A stretch of DNA of 64,000 nucleotides from a bacterium (GCA_963555815.3 CAUVWX020000002.1:256001-320000), one strand, 5' to 3'. Numbered from the stretch's first letter, positions 39,382 through 49,369 are shown. The notes: generated by a model not told the origin, from the sequence alone. Numbers and translations are program-made.

Positions 39382-39712
39382 TGAGCTGAGCCTCCTCCTT
39401 GTGGAGGAGGCCGAAATGGCCCGTCTGAACCGTCAGTTCCGGGGCGTAAAGGGCCCGACCGATGTCCTGGCCTTCCCCATGCGGGAGGGAGAAGGAAACG
39501 GGCTTAACCCTCACCTTCTTGGCGACGTCGTCCTCTGCCCCCAGCAGGTGGCAGGGGGGCCTGGGCCGCTGTCCGACGAGGTGCTCCGCCTCCTCATCCA
39601 CGGGGTGCTCCATCTCCTTGGCTTCCATCACGAGACCCAGAAGGAGGCCCGGCGCATGGGCCGCGAGGAGAGACGTCTTTGGCAGGCCCTTCAGGGGGAG
39701 GTGGGCCCATGA
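39278..39712 (+). CDS. ybeY: rRNA maturation endoribonuclease YbeY
   Basis: LNRQFRG..GPTDVLAFP, LGDVV, HGVLHLLGFHH. Confidence 0.93.
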   Translation: MSIRLTDRQKRTAVDSAWIAEKGRQLLETLACPDDELSLLLVEEAEMARLNRQFRGVKGPTDVLAFPMREGEGNGLNPHLLGDVVLCPQQVAGGPGPLSDEVLRLLIHGVLHLLGFHHETQKEARRMGREERRLWQALQGEVGP

Positions 39713-40203
39713 AATATCTCTGGGCCCCCTGGCGGATGGACTATATCCGAGAGGAAAAGCTTGAGGGGGGCTGTCTTTTCTGCCAAAAACTCTCCGAGGA
39801 CAATGACGCCGAGAACCTCGTCCTCCATCGCACGGAACGCGCTTTTGTTATGATGAACTTCTATCCTTACAACAACGGCCATCTAATGGTGGCGCCGCGC
39901 CGCCATACCGGAGACCTCCTGGACCTCTCAGCTGAGGAAATGGGAGACCTGATGGCCCTCGCCCAGAGGAGCGTCCGCATCCTCACCCAGGCCCTCAACA
40001 CTCACGGTTTCAACCTCGGCCTGAACCTAGGGGAGGCCGCAGGGGCGGGGATCACTGACCATCTCCACGTCCATATCGTTCCCCGCTGGCGGGCCGACAC
40101 CAACTTCATGCCGGTTCTGGCCGACGTCAAGGTCATGCCGGAGCACCTTCAGAGCGCCTATGAGGTGCTGCGGCCCCAGTTTTCCTCTGACGGAAAGGGG
40201 TAG
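39709..40203 (+). CDS. HIT-family hydrolase (Ap4A phosphorylase-like)
   Basis: LWAPWR, CLFC, N.YPYNNGH, GAG...HLHVHIVPRW. Confidence 0.9.
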   Translation: MKYLWAPWRMDYIREEKLEGGCLFCQKLSEDNDAENLVLHRTERAFVMMNFYPYNNGHLMVAPRRHTGDLLDLSAEEMGDLMALAQRSVRILTQALNTHGFNLGLNLGEAAGAGITDHLHVHIVPRWRADTNFMPVLADVKVMPEHLQSAYEVLRPQFSSDGKG

Positions 40204-40208
40204 AGAGG

Positions 40209-40538
40209 TTGGGGGGATTTCGAGTGATTTTCGCCCTGCTGGTGGTCATCGCCGTGGTGAGCTTTAGCGTGAAGAATATGACGCCCACCTCCGTTCAGTA
40301 CTTTGGAATTGACGCCTTCACAGCCCCCCTCTTTTTCCTCCTCGTGGGGGCCTTTGTCCTGGGCTTTTTCGCGTCCTGGTCCCTCGGTTTCCTCCGAAAT
40401 GTACGCCTGAGACACCGCCTGCGAAAGGACCAGGCCCGGGCAAAGAAGCTGGAGGAGCGGATTGAGGAGATGGAAGCCAAAACGCTGGTTCCCACCCTCA
40501 GCGAAAAGGAGGAGGGCAAGCATTCCCCGCCCACATGA
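40209..40538 (+). CDS. LapA/DUF1049-like small membrane protein
   Basis: Two hydrophobic segments separated by a FS..N...V loop, then a basic coiled-coil tail. Confidence 0.7.
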   Translation: MGGFRVIFALLVVIAVVSFSVKNMTPTSVQYFGIDAFTAPLFFLLVGAFVLGFFASWSLGFLRNVRLRHRLRKDQARAKKLEERIEEMEAKTLVPTLSEKEEGKHSPPT

Positions 40539-43188
40539 ACCCCCCGCCGGATCGTCCCAGAAACCCACCCTCACCCCCATGATGCGCCAGTATTGGTCTC
40601 TAAAGGGCCAGCATCCAGACGCCATTCTCTTCTTCCGGATGGGCGATTTTTACGAGATGTTCTACGAAGACGCCACGGTGGCCGCCCCCGTCCTGGATAT
40701 TGCCCTCACCTCCCGTCACGACGATACCCAGGGAGCGGTCCCCATGTGTGGGGTCCCCCATCAGGCGGTGGAGGGTTATCTGGCCCGCCTCATCCGCGCG
40801 GGTTTCAAGGTCGCTCTCTGCGAGCAGATGGAAGACCCCCGGCGGGCGAAGGGTCTGGTGAAGCGGGAGGTGGTCCGGGTCATCTCACCCGGGACGGCCA
40901 CGCAGCCCGAGGTCCTGGACGAAAAATCTAGAAACTATCTGGTCGCACTGGCCTTTGGGTCAACGGGGGTGGGCCTGGCGTATGCCGAGCTCTCCACCGG
41001 GGAGTTCCACGCCCTGGAGCTGGACGGAGCGGGCCGCTGGGACGCCCTCTGGGAAGAGTGGGCCGACCTTGAACCCCGCGAAGTCCTCCTGCCGGAGACA
41101 GGGCCAGACCTCCTCGCCGGGGTCTGGAAGGAGGGCCTCCCCGGAGCCCCCCTCGTCAACACGCTCCCAATCTTTGACTTCGACCCAGAGGAGGCCGAGC
41201 AGGCGCTTCGAAAAACCTTCGGGCTGGCGAGCCTCGAGGGTTTGGGACTTGCCGAGAGCCCCCTCGGCGTGGGGGCGGCGGGTGCGCTCCTTCACTATCT
41301 GCGTCAGACCCAAGGGGCAGATTTAGGCCATCTTCGGCCCCCGACGCGCGCCCACCGGGGGGACCGCATGGCCCTGGACGCCGCAACACGACGGAACCTC
41401 GAACTCCTTCGCGCTGGCCCGGAAGGGGAGCGGGCGGGCTCGCTCCTCGAGCTCATCGATCACACCCTGACTCCCATGGGCGGCCGGCGGCTTCGGGACT
41501 GGCTCCTTCATCCCCTCATCCGCCTCAAGCCCATTGTGGCACGCCATCAGGCCGTCAGATCCCTCGTCGATGGAGAAGAGGCCCGAAGAGGGCTATGGGA
41601 ACTCCTGAAGGGGGTGGCTGACATAGAGCGCCTCCTCAGCCGTCTCCACCTCGGGACCGCGAACGCACAAGACCTCCGCCACCTCTGCCGTTCTCTTCAG
41701 ACCCTTGCGCCCCTGCGAGAAGCCCTGGCGGGGCTCGGTGCCCTGACCGGTCTTCTCCTTGAGCTGGCGGAGAACTGGGACAACCTTGTGGATGTCGTCC
41801 GGATCATTGACGAGGCCCTTGTCGAGGAGCCTCCCTTCACCCTTCAAGAGGGGGGTCTCGTCCGTCCGGGGTTTCATCCTGAGGTCGATCGTCTTCATCT
41901 AATCAGCCGAGACGTCAAGACCTGGATCCGAGACTATGAAGAAAAAGAGCGGGAGCGGACGGGAATTCGGGGGCTCAAGATTGTTTACCACAGGGTCTTT
42001 GGCTACTGCATCGAGGTGGGTCGCCGGCAAGAGGCCCAGGTGCCCGCGGACTACACCCGGCGCCAGAGCCTTCGAGCTTCTGAGCGCTACATCACGGAGG
42101 ATCTCAAGCTTCATGAGGAAGAGGTTATGGAGGCCCAGGCCAGAATTGAAGACATTGAATACAAAATATTTCAAGAGGTTAGAGTGAATGTTTTGAAGGA
42201 GACTGAGAGGATTCAAGGGTCGGCAGATCGAGTGGCCACCCTGGACGCCCTCCTTGGGTTGTCCGAAGCGGCTGTCCGATACGGCTATGTCGAACCCGCC
42301 ATGGACGAAGGGGATACGCTAAAGGTCTGCGAGGGCCGCCACCCGGTGGTAGAGCGGATCTCCTCGGATCCGGAGGCGCGATTTGTCCCAAACGACGCCC
42401 ACCTGAACTCCTCGGAGCGCCAGATCCTCATTGTCACAGGGCCTAACATGGCGGGAAAATCCACGTATATCCGCCAGGTGGCCCTCATCGTCCTCCTTGC
42501 ACAGATTGGGAGTTTCGTTCCCGCCCGCTCGGCCCGGATTGGCTTGGTAGACCGGATCTTCACCCGTGTTGGAGCCCACGACCGCCTTCTTCGGGGCCAG
42601 AGCGGCTTCATGGTGGAGATGGTAGAGACCGCCCACATCCTAAACCAGGCCACGCCACGAAGCCTTGTCATCTTGGATGAGATCGGTCGGGGGACCAGCA
42701 CCTTCGACGGGATCAGTATCGCTTGGGCGGTGGCCGAGTTTCTTCACGGCGAAGGGCCAAAAGGCCCTCGGACCCTTTTCGCCACCCACTATCACGAGCT
42801 GGCTGAGCTCTCTCGGGTAAGGGCGCGGGTCTTTAATGTGACGATGGCCGTCCGGGAACACCGGGATGAGATTATCTTTCTGCGGCGGGTGGTGGAGGGG
42901 AGTGCCGACCGAAGTTACGGAATCCAAGTGGCCAAACTGGCGGGCCTTCCTCCCCCAGTTATCCAGCGGGCAAGACAGATCCTCTTCGCCTTCGAGGAGA
43001 GTGGCTCGGGCGAGAAAGGGCCCCTGGAGGAGAGAGCGGTGGCCCAACAGCTTGCCCTCTTTGGATTTGCCCCCTCTGCGGTCGTCAGTACCCTTGGGGA
43101 GATGGAACTTGACCGGATGACTCCTCTTGAGGCACTGAATGCGCTTCAAGCCCTCAAGAAAAGGGCCTTAGAAGAGTTGCCCCCCTAA
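40535..43188 (+). CDS. mutS: DNA mismatch repair protein MutS (start uncertain; see findings)
   Basis: TPMMRQY, FRMGDFYE.F, TGPNMAGKST, DEIGRGTST.DG, FATHYHEL, SYGIQVA. Confidence 0.97.
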
Positions 43189-43198
43189 GAGATCCCCC

Positions 43199-43227
43199 TT
43201 GCTTTTGTCCTCCGCGGTTCGTAAACT
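43199..43227 (+). promoter_or_regulatory. sigma70-type promoter for the DUF4390-ntrY-ntrX::lpxC-purMN operon
   Basis: TTGCTT-N17-TAAACT just after the mutS stop. Confidence 0.55.
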
Positions 43228-43285
43228 AATCCCCAGGAAAGGGTGCCCTGTGGGCAACTGGAGAGGATTGTCTGATCCATTGGCA

Positions 43286-43864
43286 ATGAGATTACGGTGG
43301 GTGCTAGGGGTGGGTGCGATAGCTCTCCTGGGCTACCTGGGGGGAGGGACCGCCTGGGCCGACAGGGAGCCGACCATTTCCGATATTGGCATCACCCATA
43401 ACTCCACCGACGTTTCGGTCTCTACAATCCTACAGGGGGCTCTCGATGGGGATCAGGGCGAGGTGCTTCAGAGCGGGAACCCAGTCTCCTTCGTCTATCG
43501 CATTGAGCTTTTGAGGGCACGTCTCTTCTGGCCCGACAAGGAGATGGCCTCCAAGGTTGTACAACGGACTGTTCACTACGATGTCCTGAAGAGGGAATAT
43601 ATTTACTCCTCGACGGAGGACGGGGAATCCACGAGAGAGCGCAGGACCCAAAGCCCCGATGAGGTTCGCACCTGGATGACCGAGCTGAAAGGAGTGTCTC
43701 TGGAAGCTCCGGATGTCCCTGTCTCCTCAGGCAAATATTATGTGAGGATTAAGGCGAAACTCATTCCCCCGAAGTTCATCTTCCCCCTCAATTATCTCCT
43801 TTTTTTCTGGAACCGGAGTACTGACTGGACCCACTCTCCGCCCTTCGTCCTAGCTCCTCCCTAG
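43286..43864 (+). CDS. DUF4390-like exported protein
   Basis: Signal peptide ending AWA; G.PVSF.Y.I.L...RLFWPD, V.YD.L..EY, YYVRIKA.L, and a hydrophobic C-terminal tail. Lies directly upstream of an NtrY-like kinase. Confidence 0.75.
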   Translation: MRLRWVLGVGAIALLGYLGGGTAWADREPTISDIGITHNSTDVSVSTILQGALDGDQGEVLQSGNPVSFVYRIELLRARLFWPDKEMASKVVQRTVHYDVLKREYIYSSTEDGESTRERRTQSPDEVRTWMTELKGVSLEAPDVPVSSGKYYVRIKAKLIPPKFIFPLNYLLFFWNRSTDWTHSPPFVLAPP

Positions 43865-43865
43865 G

Positions 43866-46148
43866 GTGACAGGAGGACCCCCCTTGGAGTCGACTGTTCA
43901 AGACCCGACGCATCGGCGAAAGGTGCGCACCCGTCTCGTCATCCTGGTGGTCATCTCTCTCCTCATCTTGCTGAACATCTTTGCGATCTACTATCAGGAT
44001 TTCAATCCCACTTACGCGATCGCGAACAACATCGTCGTTTACGCTGTGGTCAACATCAACGTCATCCTCCTGATGATATTGGTTCTCTTGGTCCTTCGGA
44101 ACCTCGTCAAACTTTACTTCGAGCGAAAGGGAAAGGTCGTTGGGGCCAAGTTCCGCACCAAGCTCGTAATCGCCTTCGTGGGCCTCGCTCTCGTCCCCTC
44201 CATCCTTCTCTTCATCGTGGCGAGCGGCCTCATCAACAGGAGCATCCAGGGCTGGTTCGATGGCCAGGTAGAGAGGGCCCTGGGGCAGTCCCAGGAGGTG
44301 GTCGAGCGCTTCTACCGCCAGGCTGAAGGGCAAGCCCTCAGTTACGCGCAGCTCTTGGCCCGGGAGTTGGACCCGGCGGACCTCAAGAGCCCAGAGGGTT
44401 CTTTGAGGCTGAAAGGTATTTTGGATGAGAGGAGACAGGAACTTCAAGCCGAGAGCATCCAGGTCTTCACCATAGACCAGCGGGAGGCCGTGGGCTCCAG
44501 CGGGAACAATGCCCCGGCCGAAGCCCTGCGACCTGAATTGAACTCCGACCTGGTGGCCCAGCTTCTCGCGGGCCAAGTGGTGACGCAAACGCGGACGACA
44601 CCTCAAGGGGACACGGTTTTCGCCTTTGCCGCCCTCGCCTCGGGCGAGGGCAAGGATCGCAATCTCGGGATCCTGGCGGTGGCCCTCTTCCTGCCGGAGA
44701 GCCTCACCACCAAGATGCAATCCGTCTCTGCTGGCTACCGGGAGTACAAACAGCTGGAACTTCTTCGGAACCCCATCACGGCCAGCTACATGATCAGCTA
44801 TCTCCTGATCACCCTCTTGATTGTCTTCTCGGCCATCTGGATTGGTTTCTACCTGGCGAGGGGGATCACCGATCCTATTCAGTCCCTGGTCGAAGGGACT
44901 CGAGCTGTGGCCGAGGGCAACCTGGACATCCGTGTAGAGAAGAGGGCCGACGACGAGATCGGCCTCTTGGTGGACGCCTATAACGCCATGACCCAGGACC
45001 TCAAACGGAGCAAGGAGGAAATCGAGCGGGCACAAGAGGGTCTTCGACACACCAATGTGGAGCTTGAAGGGCGCCGGGCCTATATGGAGACGGTGCTGGA
45101 GAATATCGCCACCGGTGTGGTTTCCCTAGACCGCCAAGGGCGGGTGACGACCGTCAATCAGTCCGCCGGACGGATCCTTGGGATAGCCGCTAAGCAGTTG
45201 CCGGGCCGTTCCTACCGTGAGGCCTTTGATCCCACCATCGTCCTTCCCGTCCGAGACCTGCTGAAAAAGATGTGGCAAGGTGGCCGGGAGTACATAGAGG
45301 GGCAAATCCGCGTGATGGTGAACGGCCGGTCCTTGACCCTCCTGGTCGGCATGAGCCTCCTCAGAGACCACCAGGGGCGGGGTCTGGGAATGGTATTAGT
45401 CTTTGAGAACCTGACGGAGCTTATCAAGGCCCAGAAGGTGGCGGCTTGGCAAGAGGTCGCTCAAGGGATTGCACACGAGATTAAAAACCCTCTCACCCCC
45501 ATCCGCCTCTCCGCTGAACGCCTGAGGAAGAAATATGATGAGAACTCGGTGGACCTGCGGGCCATCGTTGAAGAGTGCACGAACACGATTGTGAAGCAGG
45601 TCAAAGGGCTGATGGAGCTGGTGAATGAGTTCTCCCGCTTTGCCCGAATGCCGGAGGCCCACCCCAGGCCGTGCCCCTTGCACGCCATCATCAATGACTC
45701 TATGGCCCTGTACCGAAGTCATCCCAGCGACATTCAGATTGAAACTGATTTCGACCAGCGGGTGGATCAGGTGGAGGTGGACGAAGAACAGATGAAGCGG
45801 GTCTTTATCAACCTCATCGAGAACGCCATCGAGGCGATGGAAAACAGGGGCCGAATCCAGATCCGAACCCGTCGCGACGACGCCAACGGGTTGATCCGCA
45901 TCGAGGTGAGCGACGATGGGCGGGGTATCCCGCTGGAAGATCGGGACCGTCTCTTCCTGCCGTACTTCACCACCAAGGGGAGGGGCACCGGACTTGGTCT
46001 GGCCATCGTGCACCGGATCGTGGCCGAACACCATGGGGCCATCGAGGTGAAGGAAAATCTCCCGAAGGGGACTACCTTTGTCATCCAGCTGCCTGCCAAC
46101 GGCCATCTTCTGGAGATTGTTCCCGCCGAGAGGACGAAAGCCATCTGA
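43866..46148 (+). CDS. ntrY: NtrY-type sensor histidine kinase (4 TM, periplasmic domain, HAMP, PAS, HisKA, HATPase)
   Basis: GAKFRTKLV, DEIG.LV.AYN.M (HAMP), AWQEVAQGIAHEIKNPLTPI.LSAERL (H box), NLIENA, DDG.GI, PYFTTK, GTGLGL. Confidence 0.9.
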   Translation: MTGGPPLESTVQDPTHRRKVRTRLVILVVISLLILLNIFAIYYQDFNPTYAIANNIVVYAVVNINVILLMILVLLVLRNLVKLYFERKGKVVGAKFRTKLVIAFVGLALVPSILLFIVASGLINRSIQGWFDGQVERALGQSQEVVERFYRQAEGQALSYAQLLARELDPADLKSPEGSLRLKGILDERRQELQAESIQVFTIDQREAVGSSGNNAPAEALRPELNSDLVAQLLAGQVVTQTRTTPQGDTVFAFAALASGEGKDRNLGILAVALFLPESLTTKMQSVSAGYREYKQLELLRNPITASYMISYLLITLLIVFSAIWIGFYLARGITDPIQSLVEGTRAVAEGNLDIRVEKRADDEIGLLVDAYNAMTQDLKRSKEEIERAQEGLRHTNVELEGRRAYMETVLENIATGVVSLDRQGRVTTVNQSAGRILGIAAKQLPGRSYREAFDPTIVLPVRDLLKKMWQGGREYIEGQIRVMVNGRSLTLLVGMSLLRDHQGRGLGMVLVFENLTELIKAQKVAAWQEVAQGIAHEIKNPLTPIRLSAERLRKKYDENSVDLRAIVEECTNTIVKQVKGLMELVNEFSRFARMPEAHPRPCPLHAIINDSMALYRSHPSDIQIETDFDQRVDQVEVDEEQMKRVFINLIENAIEAMENRGRIQIRTRRDDANGLIRIEVSDDGRGIPLEDRDRLFLPYFTTKGRGTGLGLAIVHRIVAEHHGAIEVKENLPKGTTFVIQLPANGHLLEIVPAERTKAI

Positions 46149-46149
46149 G

Positions 46150-48318
46150 ATGAGCAAAGCCCATATCCTCATTGTGGACGACGATGAAGGCATTCGCCAG
46201 TCCCTTGGAGCCATCCTGACCGACGAGGGTTTCGCCACGTCTCAGGCGGCCCAAGGAGAGGAGGTCCTGGACCGGGTCAAGGGCCTGGCCCCGGATCTGG
46301 TCCTTCTGGATGTGTGGCTTCCCGGTATCGATGGGATCCAAATGCTCCAGGCCATCAAGGCCCAGCACCCGGACCTCGAAGTGGTCATGATGTCGGGCCA
46401 CGGAAACGTGGAAACCGCGGTCAAGGCCACGAAGCTGGGGGCATTCGACTTCATCGAAAAGCCCCTCTCCTTGGAGCAAGTCCTGCGGACGGTGAACCTG
46501 GCCCTCCGACAGCGCCGCGTGGGGCACCAGTCCCGGGAGCAACAGGATCGGGTGAGCCGAGTGATCGCCGAGAGCCTCTCGGCGCGCCGCCTCGTGCAGG
46601 AGATCGACGGTGCCGCTGCCCACCAGCGGGCCACCCTTCTCTTTGGGGAGGATGGGGCGGGAAAAGAGCTGGTCGCCCGGGTTATTCAGAGTCGCAAGGG
46701 CGCTCTCGGCCATCCCTTTGTTCGTCTCAACTGTAAAGTCTCTTCGGAAGCGGTTCTTCGGCAAACCCTTTTTGGTTTTGAAGGATCGGACGGGGAGGTA
46801 CAAACGGGCCGACTAGAGGCAGCCCAGGAGGGGGTTCTCTTTCTGGACAACGTGGAGGAGATTAGTCGACCCCTCCAGGAGGAGTTGGCCAATGTCCTGG
46901 CGACTCGAACCTTTCAAAGGGTAGGGGGCCGTCTCACCTTTCCCCTGGACGTATGGTTGGTGATGGCCACCACCACCGATCTTCGACAGAACCCTCTATC
47001 GAAGGTCCTGGGAGAACCTCTGGGCCACCACCTCGGAGTCGAGCCAATCCGCGTTCCTCCCCTCAGGGAGCGGCGAGAGGATTTGTCAAAACTGGTGGAC
47101 CTCTTCCTGGATCAGTACGCTGGAGAATTTGGAAAACCGCCCTGCCGCATGACCCCGGAGGCCATGGAGGCACTGGTGGGCTTCGACTGGCCGGGAAACG
47201 TGAAAGAGCTGAAGGACCTGATCGAGAGCCTTGTCCTTGCCTCCTCTGGGACCGAGATCGGTCTCACCGATTTGCCTGAGGATCTGCAAGGGGGTCCGCT
47301 CCTTCCTCCACCCGGTTCTCTTGCCCACGCTCGTCGGACATGGGAGAAGGAGTATATTGCCCAGCTTCTCGGTCAAAATCGCGGCAGCATTGCCAGGACG
47401 GCTCGCCAGCTTGCCATCCCAGCGCGGCACCTTCAGAAGAAAATCACCGCCTACGGCCTTTCAACCCCGCGGCGGAAGGGAAAGGGAAGTCTCCACCAGA
47501 GGACCCTCCGTCGAAGCGTCCTTCTCTGTGGGCAGGGGCTCCACTCGGGTCTCAAGACCGGGCTCATCCTCTCCCCCCTTCCTCCCAACAGCGGCATCCA
47601 ATTTGGCAGCATCACGTCGGACGAGTCCGTCCCCGCCCTGGTGGATTATGTGGCCTCGACGGAGCACGCCACCACCCTTCGCAAGGGGCATGCCCTGGCC
47701 CGCACCATTGAGCATCTCATGGCGGTCTTGCACGCCTACCGGGTCACCAATCTCCTCATCAAGCTGAGCGATGAGGTTCCTATCATGGACGGTTCCGCCA
47801 AGGATTTTTGTCAGCTCATCGAGGATGAGGGGATTGAAGAGCAGGACGCGTTCCAAGAACCCCTCTCAGTCAAGGAGTCCCTGGAGGTGAACGGCCGTCC
47901 GGGGGAGAACGGGACACCCACCCTTCGCATTGAGCCGGCATCGAAATTGACGATCCACTATCAACTGTCCTACCCGCCCCCTATCGGAGTCCAAGAGATC
48001 TCCTTCACATTGAGTGGGACAAAGGCTTTTCGAGAGGAGATTGCGCCGGCCAGGACCTTCGGCTTCCTTCGGGAGGTCGAACAGCTGGAACGAATGGGGC
48101 TCGCCGGGGGAGGGCGGCTGGACAACGTTATCCTGGTAGACGACGAAAAGGTCATCAACACCTCTCTTCGGTTCCCTGACGAGTTCGTTCGCCATAAAGT
48201 CCTGGACCTCATCGGGGACCTCTATCTCCTGGGCAGGCCTGTCCTGGGCCGAATCACAGCCCGCATGAGCGGCCACACCGAGAACATCGCGCTGGTTCGC
48301 AAACTTCAGCAGGTATGA
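46150..48318 (+). CDS. lpxC: Fusion protein: NtrX-type response regulator (REC + degenerate AAA+ + HTH) joined to UDP-3-O-acyl-GlcNAc deacetylase LpxC
   Basis: One uninterrupted 722-aa frame. REC: IVDDD, LLDVW, SGHG, EKP. AAA+: GEDGAGKE, LFLDN, RVGG, WPGNVKEL. HTH: GSIARTARQL. LpxC from about 47497: QRTL...GLHSG, TIEH, EVPIMDGSA, ARTFGF, HKVLDLIGD, GH..N. Confidence 0.93.
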   Translation: MSKAHILIVDDDEGIRQSLGAILTDEGFATSQAAQGEEVLDRVKGLAPDLVLLDVWLPGIDGIQMLQAIKAQHPDLEVVMMSGHGNVETAVKATKLGAFDFIEKPLSLEQVLRTVNLALRQRRVGHQSREQQDRVSRVIAESLSARRLVQEIDGAAAHQRATLLFGEDGAGKELVARVIQSRKGALGHPFVRLNCKVSSEAVLRQTLFGFEGSDGEVQTGRLEAAQEGVLFLDNVEEISRPLQEELANVLATRTFQRVGGRLTFPLDVWLVMATTTDLRQNPLSKVLGEPLGHHLGVEPIRVPPLRERREDLSKLVDLFLDQYAGEFGKPPCRMTPEAMEALVGFDWPGNVKELKDLIESLVLASSGTEIGLTDLPEDLQGGPLLPPPGSLAHARRTWEKEYIAQLLGQNRGSIARTARQLAIPARHLQKKITAYGLSTPRRKGKGSLHQRTLRRSVLLCGQGLHSGLKTGLILSPLPPNSGIQFGSITSDESVPALVDYVASTEHATTLRKGHALARTIEHLMAVLHAYRVTNLLIKLSDEVPIMDGSAKDFCQLIEDEGIEEQDAFQEPLSVKESLEVNGRPGENGTPTLRIEPASKLTIHYQLSYPPPIGVQEISFTLSGTKAFREEIAPARTFGFLREVEQLERMGLAGGGRLDNVILVDDEKVINTSLRFPDEFVRHKVLDLIGDLYLLGRPVLGRITARMSGHTENIALVRKLQQV

Positions 48319-49357
48319 CGCACCCTGAGATGAACTACCGGAAGGCCGGGGTGGACCTCGAAGGGGCAGAGTCCGTTCCGGGGCGCCTGGCCCCTATTGT
48401 TCGGACCACCTATCGGCCTGAGGTGTTGGGCGGCCTGGGAGGCTTTGCGGGCTCCTTTCGGGTCCCGGCAGGCTATCGAAACCCGGTTCTGGTGGCCAGC
48501 ACAGACGGCGTCGGTACCAAGCTCGCCCTGCTCGCCCAAGTGGACCGCCCCGAGGTGGCGGGCCACGACCTCGTCGCCATGAGCGTCAACGATGTCCTGG
48601 CCATGGGGGCTGATCCCCTTTTCTTTCTGGATTATTACGCCTCCTCCAAACTCGAAATGGGTCTGCTGGAGCGGGTGGTTCGGGGAGCTGCCGAGGCCTG
48701 TCGGCAGGCGGGATGCACCCTCCTCGGGGGAGAGACGGCGGAGATGCCCGGTTTTTATCTCGAAGGTCTATACGAACTCGTTGGGATGGCGGTGGGTGTT
48801 GCCGAGGAGGACCGGCTCATCGACGGATTCGACATACGGCCGGGAGACCTTCTCGTCGGCCTCGCCTCGAGCGGCCCCCACTGCAACGGCTTTTCGCTCA
48901 TTCGCCGGGTCCTCTCAGACCGAGGCATTTCCCTTCAGACCAGGGAAGAGGTTTTGGGAGGAACGGTGGCCGATGCCCTTCTGGCTCCCACCACCCTTTA
49001 CGTGAGCTCTGTCCAGGCCCTCTCGCGGGCGGGCCTGGCAAGGGGGATCGCCCATATCACAGGCGGGGGGCTTCTGGGAAACCTAAAACGCATCGTCCCT
49101 GAGGGTCTTCAGGCGGTTGTTCGTCGGGGTTCCTGGCCTGTCCCGTCCATCTTCTCATTTCTCCAGGAGGTGGGGGAGGTCCCGGCCCGTGAGATGGAGT
49201 CCGTCTTCAATATGGGGGTGGGTCTTGTCGTGATCATCCCGGCCGGCCAGGCGAAGAAGGCTTCCGAATCCTCGAAGGGTGTGGAGAGTCCATCCATTCC
49301 CTGGGAGAGATTGTGGAGGTTGATGCCCAGGCTCCCCGGGCGGCTTTCGCAGATTAG
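48315..49357 (+). CDS. purM: Phosphoribosylformylglycinamidine cyclo-ligase; last ~30 codons frameshifted near 49267
   Basis: YRKAGVD, TDGVGTK, AMSVND, GGETAEMPG, SSG.H.NG, HITGGG, FNMG.G. The typical C-terminus lies in the shifted frame ending TAG at 49357. Confidence 0.95.
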
Positions 49358-49369
49358 GGGAGGGGGGGG

